From Raillietiella orientalis (Eukaryota), in NCBI GenBank assembly GCA_036172245.1, contig JAYWIR010000001.1, forward strand, positions 2,728,001-2,792,000: a stretch of 64,000 nucleotides of DNA, read 5' to 3'. The translations under genes and the position numbers were made by a program. This document shows, piece by piece, positions 26,665-36,981 of the stretch (position 1 is the stretch's first letter; every line of letters starts with the position of its first letter). The notes below the pieces were generated by a model. That model was given only the letters and a program-made list of their open reading frames with translations, made no database searches and was not told the DNA's origin.

Positions 26665-27126
26665 TCACTGCACGATCTTGTCCTTGAGTCCGAGCAGGTG
26701 CTCCGTGCTCATCGCGGGCTGGTGCACGTAGTTCCTGATCTGATGCAGCGAGATGAGCTGGTTGGGGAAGCTGGCCGAGGGAGACTTGACCTCGGCGGCC
26801 GCGGTAGCGGGGGGCTTCGAGAACGGCAGCGTGTCGTAGTGGAAGAAGGGGCGGGATGGGGCTTGGATGGGCGTGAAGGCGGAGGTAGTCTTTCCGGGAC
26901 CCACGGGCAGGTGGTCGTAGGCGGCGACGGACGGAAGGTGCCTGTGCAGGTCGTCAGGGAGCGACAGCGGGGGAGGACGGACAAACATGTCGTTCTGCTG
27001 CTGCTGCTGCTGCTGCTGGGGAGACGCCGTCTCCATGGTGTTCGCCGAGGTCGTCGTGGGAAACGCGACGACGGACGAGGAGGACGAGGAGGTCGCAGAA
27101 GGATGCTGCTGTTGTTGTTGTTGTTG

Positions 27127-27168
<42 letters not shown>

Positions 27169-27180
27169 TTGTTGTTGTTG

Positions 27181-27231
<51 letters not shown>

Positions 27232-27795
27232 ATGCTGTTGTTGTTTCTGTTGTTGGTGCTGTTGCTGGTGGTGGTGGTAGTGGTGGACGGTACTTACTGT
27301 CCGTTTGTCTGTGTGCTTCTGCATGTGCTTGGTCAGGTAAGTCTCTTGAGTGTACGATTTGCCACAGTACTGGCAGATGTGCGTCTTGAGGTGCTTGGAC
27401 TCCTTGTGCTTCGGGATGTGCTCCAGCAGTGACGGTTCGTCGGAGAAGCACTTGTAACACGAGTTGCACTTGTAGGGTTTGTCGGTCTGGTGGCACCGGG
27501 AGTGACTTTGGAGGTTGGAGAGCTGGCTGAACGCCTTGCTGCACCCGGGATGCCGGCACTTGTACGGTTTGTCCCCCGTGTGGGTGCGGATGTGCTGCTG
27601 CAGATGCGATAGCTGGGTGAACTTGCGCTGGCAAATCTCACATCTGTAGGGCTTGATACCCAGGTGGATGCGGGTATGCTGGGACAGGTAGGAGCTGTTC
27701 GCGAAGGCCTTGTTGCACTGGGAGCACTTGTAAGGCTTCGCTTCGCGCATGTGCATTTGATTGTGCAGCTGGAGGTCTGCCTTGGCGCCGAACAT
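26665..27795 (-). CDS. rn: Last coding exon: second half of ZF1, ZF2-ZF6, polyQ and C-terminal domain
   Basis: Acceptor tgttgtcgttgcag|ATGTTCGGC after a pyrimidine-rich tract; 1131 nt ending in TGA at 26667-26665. The upstream part of ORF-track entry 26665..28248 is intron read-through. Confidence 0.95.
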
Positions 27796-30700
27796 CTGCA
27801 ACGACAACACTGAGAGGACCAGGGAGGAGGAAAAGGAAGGCGAGGAGAGGAAGGAGAGCACGAGGAAAAGAAGAGAGAGGGGGGGGGGGAAGACTTCACC
27901 GCCGCCACCACCCTTCTTCCTTGAGATTAATTTCTCATGCTCTGCTTTTCTAGAAGCTGCGGAGAAACGGCACACGAAGAAAGAACAAAGGGAAGGGGCA
28001 ATCGCGGTCATGGGAGACGGGACCGAAGTCGAGACGGGGTCGAAATCGTTCCCTCGTTTTCTACCCCTCTCGGAAGAGGGGAAGAGCCACTTCAGGAGAA
28101 CAGGAAAAACACACAGAAGGAGAGCGGGGGAAGGATAGAAGAAAGCAAACCGGTACGCCCTCGCGAGTGCAGATATGGAACCATCCCATCCTGGATCAAG
28201 GGGGTGGTGGAAAGGAGAAATCAGCCACGAGCCTGCATCCATCAGCAAGAAGGTCTCTGATAAGTCCTCCTCCTCGTCCCGGTTTTTTTTTCCCCTTTTC
28301 CCTGGATTTTCCTTTCCTTTTCCATCCAGGCTGACGAAGGCAGAAAACTCATGTTATTGCTCGAGAGATGGCGCAAGCCTCACAGCTAGTGAAATGAAAG
28401 GGAGAGGAATGGACGGATGCATCGAGGGAGAGAGAGCGGGAGAGAGAAAACAAGGATGAGATCGGAACAGCAAATCGGGACCTGCTTACCATCTCCGCTA
28501 CTGAAAACAACACCAAAAAAAAAAGAAGAAGAAGACAGCAAAAAAGACATCAAGGACAAGAAGAGGAAGGACGAGGACGATCGGATTCCTCTTTCGATTC
28601 TCGTCGTCGCGCAGGAAAGCGAGAAGGAGGCGACGGTGGAGACGGCGGCAGGCGAAGGAAAGGGAAGGAAAGAGAGGGAGGAGAGAAGAAAAGAAAAAAA
28701 AAAAAAAAAACAGCAGCAAGCGCACGGAGTCCCCCCCCCCCCCCAAGAGCCGCCGCCGCCGTCTCCGTCACAGCCACCGTCGTGAAGCGCGTCCGGTCCG
28801 CGGAGCCGCGAGGAGTCCGTCCGTCCGCGAGATGGTCGATCACGTGATCGGCCATCTCGCTCCGAAACCGCCGGTGACACGTTTGCCCGGCGATGCAGAA
28901 ACCCTGCCGACGAGGAACCCACCGCCGAGCCTCACCTGGCAGCCACCGCAGCCGTCTCAGACGGTGAGGCCGGTTTCTCCCGGGGAGACGGAAGATTTTT
29001 GCGCCTGTAGCGATCCGCGAAGGTTGTCTGCTTGCATACCAGAGAATGTGGGAAGCGAAACAGGTTATCACTTTCCTCTCTCCCTCTCTCATCTGCTTCT
29101 TTCGTTTCGTCTCTCTCTCTCTCTTTTTCCTTGCTTCGCTTCCCTCCCTCCCCCTCGTCCTTCCTCGGCGGCTCTCTCCTGTCGAGCTCGAGCGCGCACG
29201 CGCGCGCGCGCGTATTGACAACGAACCGCGCCACCGCCGCCGCCGCCGCCACTTTTGGATGAGAGTGACTTGGACAGTTACTTGAATCCGAAGGTACCAC
29301 CGACGCGGTCAGCTGGCCTTTCCTCCCCGCCGTCTTGTTGTCTCTGTTTCAGGAAGGAGAATCGGGAAGGGAAGTCGCCTTTCCCTCCAACTGCCCGTTC
29401 CGTTATCGATCGCAATGTTTTCGCGACAGGGACGAGCAGGAAGAGACGGACGGGGAGGCACGGAAACCGAACGGGGTGGTGGCGGCAGGCGGAAGAAGGA
29501 GCAGGAAGGGGGGAGCGGAAAAAATGAAGAGCAGAGCCGAAGGTAGCACTGACCTGAGGGCACATCTTGCACTGGTACTTCCGGCCAGTCACCATGGTCC
29601 CGACTATAGACGGCGTTCCCGAGCTTTTCGCGACGGCGCTGACAATGGGTTGCGGGACAACAAGGAGGCCGCTGGTGGTCACCGCCGACGTTACAGTGGG
29701 AGGCGACGAGGAGCTGCTCGAGTTGGAGCGAGGCGTTCCGTAGATTGTCGTCGATCTCTGGTGTCCGCTGTCCTCCACGCTGTTGCTTGGAGCTGGAAGG
29801 AGCAGCGGGAATCCCGCTTTGACGAACGGAACGCGGGACCATCCGGGATCCTCACCTTTGTGGAAGGCGCTGTGCTGCTGTGGCGGCTCAGAGATACTGG
29901 ACTTGCTCTGGGAGAAAAGGAATACAGACATCAGATGCTGCTTTGGAGAACAAAGGTCGTCGCCAAGACATCAACCGTCCTCGCCCGCGCTCTGCTCTGT
30001 CCCCCACGAAGTCTTTCCGATTCTTCCTTTCCCACCTATCATGCCTCCTTCCTCTCAGATCCTCCCCCTTTTTTCCCACACATCTACGCCTCCACGAGAC
30101 GATGGTGTCCAGTCCTTCGCGACAGGAATTTCTTCACTTTCGGGATTCACATGACAACGGGCTTCGGATTCGTCAAAGACATCCTTGGAGTCCTTGGAGG
30201 CAAAAGTTCCCCCCTCGGATTCGAGAAGATTTGTTTCCATGGTCGTGATCCAAGAATGAGCAATCAAAGACCTCTTCCCGCGGAGGTATCGTTATCCTGT
30301 TTCCATAGCGGTTTTCCCTTCCCTTTTCCTCGGGAAACTTTCCTCCGGTATCTCCTTGGCACTTGGTCGTCAGCAGCTTCTTTCTGAGGAAGGGTGGGAC
30401 AACCACGGCTGTCCTCTCCCCTCTCCTTCTCCAGCTCCAGACCGGCGAGGAAAGTGGAAGGACCAGTCCTCTTCCTGTCCGAAAGAAGGGAAGGGCTCGA
30501 GGAAGGCGGTCGCCGAAGGTGGTGCGCTCCGCCGACTCCCTGCTGGGTGCGCTCCTCGCCTCGCGACGCGAGCCAAACCAGAGAGCCAATCCCATCACGC
30601 AGGAGAGGGAAAGGGGAGCGAGAAGAGGGGAACCTCAGCCGGGACAATTTCTGCCCGTGCCCTTCTCAAGCTACGGGAGGAATGATCGGCTGATCGGCTG

Positions 30701-33700
30701 GCGCCTGCTCCGCGGCGTCAGTGTGGCCGGAGCTTGGAAGCAGCGACCAGGTTCCGCGACCCTGCCGCGACCCTGTCTTCTCTCCTTTCCACCCTCCCAG
30801 TCTTTTCCTGGCCATGAGGACAAGCCTCGTGCAGCAGTGCCGCCGTCGGCTTCTTCGCGAGCGCAACCGCGCTCTTCGCCCCCAGCTTCCGCGTTAACTT
30901 GCCAACATCCCTGTCGCCGCCGAGCTGTTCGCAGGCCCCACGAAGGGACTTCCGCAACCTCGGACGATCTTCGGTCCCTCACTTTGCCAACCCTTCTTCC
31001 ACTAGCATCGGATGCCTCCTTTCGTCTCGCTCCCTTCTTCCTTTCCCGTCCGGAAGGGCGGGTCGCGGGTGAGCTCCGAGGCAGGAGGTCTGCTCGCATC
31101 GCACATCCCCGCCGTTTCGCCGAGGATGCTCTCTCGGTGGAGAGGCAGGCGAGCTCACTGCCGCTCGACGGTTGCCGGGAATCCCAGGGAAAGAGGTTGC
31201 TGGAACGCAGATTACGACGGGAAGCGCAGTCCGGGAGTGCCAGAACCTCTGGACCACCACACTTCCCATTCGGGGAAGGGTCGCGCCGGTCGTCCCTCCT
31301 CGTTCTCCGAATCCCGAAAAATCCGAACTCGAGGATACCAGGGAACGGAAGCCTCTCGTGCCAGTAGCGCCTCTACTGGCAGCGTCTCTCCCGTATTCGC
31401 GTTCGGCGGGAAAGCGCTGAGCGCGCGCATACGGGAGACTCCTGGAACGAGGAAATGGGGATCGTGGGAAGTCGAGAGGGGATAAAAAGAGACAGACAAC
31501 GGCTGCTGCAGCAGCAGCGGCAGAAGCAGCTCCGGAGGTTCCTCGAAGCCTCCAAGAGTCTGGGAAGCGCGCGGGACGTTTATCTCCTCCCCGCGCGCGC
31601 GCGCATGAGGGAGGGGGAGAAGGTGGAGGGGTGAAAGCCAAGGAGCTAGTTCCGGAGCGCGCTGCGGCGTGCTCAAGGCTCTCTTCTCTCCTTGTCCTTC
31701 CTGCTTTCGACCTGCATCCTTCTTTTTCTTCTTCTTCCGGTTTTCTCCAGAAGGCGGTGGCGCGCATTTCTTTTTCTCGTGAGGGAAAAAGGGATCGCGA
31801 TCGAAGGCAACGTGCAAAACATATCCCCCAGATTCGCCTTGGTTACCCTGCAGGCGGCAGGGAGGGCTCTTGCGGAGAACATTTTCCGGAAGTCGCGGAG
31901 CCCAAGAGTGCCAGCCGGAGACGAAACGGAGCAGCCGAAGAAGAAAGGAAGGCGAGGACCGGTGACTCTGAGGCCGGGAAAGAGACGCAGCCACCTCCTC
32001 CACGGGTGAAAGGAGAAAGAGCTCTCCATCCGGGCGTCGTGACGCCAATCCAGGACGAGATGAGGGCGGGAGAGGCAGGCAGAACCGGCTCCCGAGCAGC
32101 CTGAGGTACCGCGCAAGATCTCCGATCGGCCGCCACCGCCTTCTCCTCCTCCTTCTGCAGGGAGCCGCTGGCGGGTGCCTTGCTTTCTGCGTTTTGCTTT
32201 CGTTTTCGGATTTCCTTTCATGAGCTCCTGGAGGCGCGCAAAAAGGATGAATGCCGACTTCGCCGTCCGGACGCGGCATCTCGCGGCGATCCGGAGAAGT
32301 GCGGGTCGCCTGTTCGAGCTTCGAGCCGTCTGGAAGTGCCTCGCGTCTAGGGCGGAGCGTCCCTATTCCTCAGGGTCCCCGAGCGCGCGACTCCGCGAAG
32401 GAAGAAACGAGAGGGGGGAGAGGAGGAAGCAGGAAGAAGCAGCAACCCAAACGCATTCACCTCGACTCCGTTCCACATGTAGTGGACGTCGTGGGGAGCT
32501 CCTGTGCTGCTCACGTGCTCAGCCATCACGGACATCCAGTGGACCAGGCCTTGGGAACTGGGAACATTCGCCGCAGAGGTGCCGATGTTTGTCTTGATGT
32601 GGTCAGGGTCGGAGACTGACGACCATAACAGCGAGGTTTTCTGAAAGGCAAAGACGGGAATCAGCTCGAGTTGCCGTCGCTGCTGCTGCAACGGCGGCGG
32701 AGGCGATGGCGGCAGAGGCTCCGAGAACGCCTTGTCCTTCGATACGCGCGATCTTCCGGCAAGAGGGACGCAGGAAACTCGCAGCGAAGGATCGGTCCAT
32801 TTGGGCAGGAGGAAAGACTGGAAGGATGGGGGAGGGGGAAACGCAAGACCCCGTCGCGGCGGAGACCTCCTTCCGCGGGCCCGCTCGCCTGTCGAACAAG
32901 CCTTCCGGCGGGGAGACGCCAACGAAAGCAGAGGGGTCGGGAAGGAAAGAAGGCCGCCATGCCGTCGCTGCCGTACGGCACACTCCGCGGAGGTTCCGCC
33001 GTTCGGCCGCTTCGTTGCCAAGCATCCAGGCAGAGCGTGCTCCGGAAACTCGAGGAAGGGAGGGCCCCTGAGCCCCTGACGACCGCGGCGGGGCAAGAGA
33101 TCTTACCCCTAGCGCTCGCAACTCTGTGAAAACTCTGGGATGGCCGCAGGCACCTGCCCCTTCCTCGGCCACGAGGGTGGAGGGGGTCTCCTTCTTCCCA
33201 GGAATCGAAAAGAGGGGCAGAAGAGCCACCGGGAGCGGCCTCCTGCATCCTGGCCCACGGCACCTCCTTCCTCCGGTGGTGCGGAGTCCCGGAGATCGAG
33301 GCGCAGCTTCCTCAGATCCCGAAGGTTTCCGTTTCTGCCCCATGGGGAAGCTCTTTCGAGTGGGCGCCTCGCATTCCTGCCGGCCGGAGGGGTATCCGTC
33401 GTAAGCAAAGCGCCGAACCCCCCCCCCCCCCCGCCCCGATGCGAGCTCTGGAACGCCCTTGCATGTGATCCCGGGAGTCGGGGCAGCTGGTCGGGGCAGC
33501 AGGAACGGAAGAAAGGCTGACGGAGGAACGCGAGGCCAAGCGCGGATGCGCACCGGCAGCATCCGCGCCCGCGCTCAAACCGGGAGGCTGCAGACGAAGG
33601 CGGAGGAGATCTTCATCATGCCTGCGGCGCGAGCCTTCCACGGCCGCCGGCGCCATCCCTCCCCCCGCAAGAATCATGGGCGGAGCCCTCAGGGGAGTTC

Positions 33701-36700
33701 GTCCCGATGGAGAGTGGTGGCCCCTCGGATGTCCGTCCGCCCGTCGAAATTCCGGACGGGGCACCTTGGGCGAGTCGAGGGCGCCCCCTGTGGCTGGAGG
33801 AAGCGCGGATGGATGGGTGGTTTCCGGCGAGGGAGCAGACGACAGGTGCTCGCCGACTGGAGGAGGGGGGAAGGAGGAGGAGGATGCGTGTTGTCTCTTT
33901 TCCGGACATTCCCGCGCCGCCAGCCCCGCAACCCTAGAGCTCCGCAGCTCTTCTTCCTCGGAGAAAAAGTGGGTCTCTGGGGCCAGGAGCGGGGTGGGAG
34001 CAGACAGGAGGGACGCCGTTCCATCGGACCAGAGCAGACGTATGGGGAAGGGATCTCTTTTCGCGGGATGCACAAGGGAAGAAGCGGACGACTTCGCCCC
34101 TTTGAAGGCTCAAAAGGGAACGGCGGCGTTCCCGAGTGTGTGAAAAGCTCCTCTGCTGGAGATGGTCCGCCGTCATAGTTATCATCATCAATCGCGGGGT
34201 TTGTTCTTTTTCCTTTTTTTGTCCCTCCCTTGAAGTTTTCCGGGTACGCACAAAAAAAAAAAAAAAAAACAGAGGCCAGCAAGCGGTCCCTACAGAATCC
34301 CCGACGCCTGAGGCGTCGAATGTCGGCGGTCAGCTCGGAGTGCTGGTCGCCTCCGCCGCCGCCGCCCGGCGTGCGACTGCGAGTGCCGTCGAGCCGGAAG
34401 CGACGGCAGCCACTGAAAAAGTGCAAGGCAGAAAACGCGGCGCAGCGGTCCTCATCTACGTAGCGCCACCAAGCGCCCGTCTATTTTTAGAACCGCATGC
34501 GCTTATCCCTGAAAACAAACAGGGAAAACAAAGAAAAAAGGATGGGAGAAAGAGATGTGCCTAAGAGGATTCCTGATTCGGAACCTGAAATCGGGCTTGC
34601 AAGGAAGGCCCTGGTCGCTGGTGAAGCCCCCCAGTCTGTGCCTGTGCACGGTCCCTCAAGTCTTGGCGACGCTCCTTTCGAAGCCTCTCTCGCGCTTGGA
34701 GGGGCGCGCCCGTAGGCATGGCGACGACCCTCTAAGGACACCCGCACCCATTCGCACCTCTCACGCCCCCTGCAGAGGCGCGGCGTTTCAGCTGTGCGGC
34801 GTCGGCGCTCGTCTCCCGGCTGCAGCCGCTTTCCCTGCCGGGACTTCCGGCGCGAACCCGGCGCGCGAGGCGGAGCCGGCAGACTACAAAGTGGACGTTC
34901 CGCGGACGCATTCCGAGCTCAACTGGGACGAGGGCGGCTCCCCTGCCTTCTGCCGCTGGGGGTCTCCCTGCGGGCGCGGAAGGCGGGCGAGGAGCAGGAA
35001 GGAAACGACAGAGTTGACAGATTCGCGGAAAGGCAAGGCCAGGAGGGAGGAAGGGACGCCATGTTGAGGCGAACAACGGCCTCGTCGTCCCTCCATCTGG
35101 GGGACGCCCGTGCGGCCCGCTGGCAACGCGCGCCGCCCCCACAAACTCTTCCTGGTTCCATTGGGAACGAGGATTTTTGCTTCTCTCTCTCTGTCTCCGC
35201 CTCCCTCTAGGGGCAAGAATCCCCACGCTCCAGATCGGAGGACATCCCCAAGTCTGAAGCTGCTCTGAAAGAACGACGCACTACGCGGGCAAGGTGGGAA
35301 GAACTCCCATCCCAATCCTCCGAAGCGGGCGCAGCCGGGAGGGAGCGGGCTGGACGCCGTCGCACTCGGCATTCTAGGGCTTCCGCATCCTCAGGGGACC
35401 CTCAGCTCCCGTTGCAGCACGCATCGCTTTAGCAGGAGATGGCGAGAGGGCGCGGAACCGCGGTCCGTGCTGCGAGGGAAGGGGGGGCAATGCCCCTTTG
35501 GCAGGCCGGGCAGGCGCCAGAACGGTCAGGCAGAGCGCTGTGCGAATCTCTTCTGCTCCTCCGTATCGTCCCCACCCGCCGTGAGTCGTGTGCGGCCGAC
35601 CGCGCCCCGACAAGAACCAGAGGGGCGACGGAACCTTGCGGGAGCTCCCCTGCCGCTCCGGGAACACAGCGAATCCCCGCGTGCAACATGCGCAGGGAGC
35701 CGCGGCAGTCTGTTCGGCTTCTTCGAAAGACGCTGTTCCGGATGCTCAGAGAAGTGTCCAAAGTACGGAGTCCCGGCGAGTCCTGCCCCTCCCCACCCCC
35801 CGGCTTCGCTGTTGCACTCCGAGCGATTTCCAGGAAGAACTGACCCGGTGGCGTTCGATCCGCTTCCAGGAGAGGGAGGGGGGGAAAGGATTCGGCGCGA
35901 GTGGACGGGCGCCAGTTCTGTCCCTGCCCGACCGCGCCGTCGAGCAGAAGGGCTCCAGTCCAACTTTCGCACGCTCCATCACAGATGACAGAACCCTTCC
36001 CGTTGCTGTGAAGGGCTCCTCCGGGGTGTCAGGAGGGTCTCCACCATCCTTCCGAGGCAGCCTCCCCCGATAGGGGGCGGGGCGCTTGCGTGAAGCCCAG
36101 CTCGCCGCTTCTACCAAGAAGCGATCGAGCTCGAAGGACTTGGTTTCCAGGGGCAGGGTGGTCCATCCCATCCGGTTTCCAAGGAGCGAAAGGGAGAAGG
36201 AATCTTGAGAACTGGGTTTCCATTCCCGCCCACTTTTTGGCTTGTCTTTGCCCCTACCCCTACCCCGCTACCCCAGAGTCCCCGGTCTCCTGCTCCCGCG
36301 ATCCCGAAGGAACCGGCAGTCATCGCCGCTGATCGTCGCGAGGTGCAGGGCCGCGGAGTGACCCTTCCAGCTCGCATCCCGCCTTCGGGAGTTCGTCCGG
36401 GGAAGGATGAAAACGCGTCCCGTTGCTCCTCTCCGCCTCGCGGACCGCCAACTTTGGGACACATCCCTGACGTCCTTGCACTCCTTCTCGTCACGTGGAG
36501 GAGGAGGCGTTGCCCCCGTCCTCTCCCGAATTCCCGGCCGAAATTCCCGGCGGGCCTCTCGCCCCTCGTCTCGTTGCGCCGGTCAGGCAGCCCCGAGGGA
36601 AGGAGGGACTGCGCCCGAAGGGACGGAGGTGTACCGTACAGTAGGGACGGACGCGCGGCGGCGCTGGTCAGGCGCGGTCCTAAGAATAAGCAAAGATGCC

Positions 36701-36944
36701 TTCGAGGATTTCTCCCAAGCTCCCGCGTGCTGGGGCGCGTTCCTCCCCACCGCCCCCCTCTCGTATCTCCGCTCTCTCCCGCCCTCCCTCCGTGCTCCTT
36801 CGCAACCGAGGGGATCCCGTCGACGCACATGCGTCCAAGTTCGAAGCGGCGGCGGCGGCGGCAGCGATCGGTCGGAAGCATCGCTGCGGTCCAGACAGCT
36901 CCGCTTCCATCCGAATACCGGAGGGAGGAGGAGGAAACCCGTGC

Positions 36945-36981
<37 letters not shown>

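Noticed and set aside
26524-27432. Antisense poly-Leu and poly-Cys ORFs
   Set aside because: Mirror translations of the CAG/CAA tract of the real gene.
27796-28248. N-terminal extension of the 527-aa ORF
   Set aside because: Intronic: it ends in a pyrimidine tract and acceptor, and ZF1 is completed only by splicing from exon 3.
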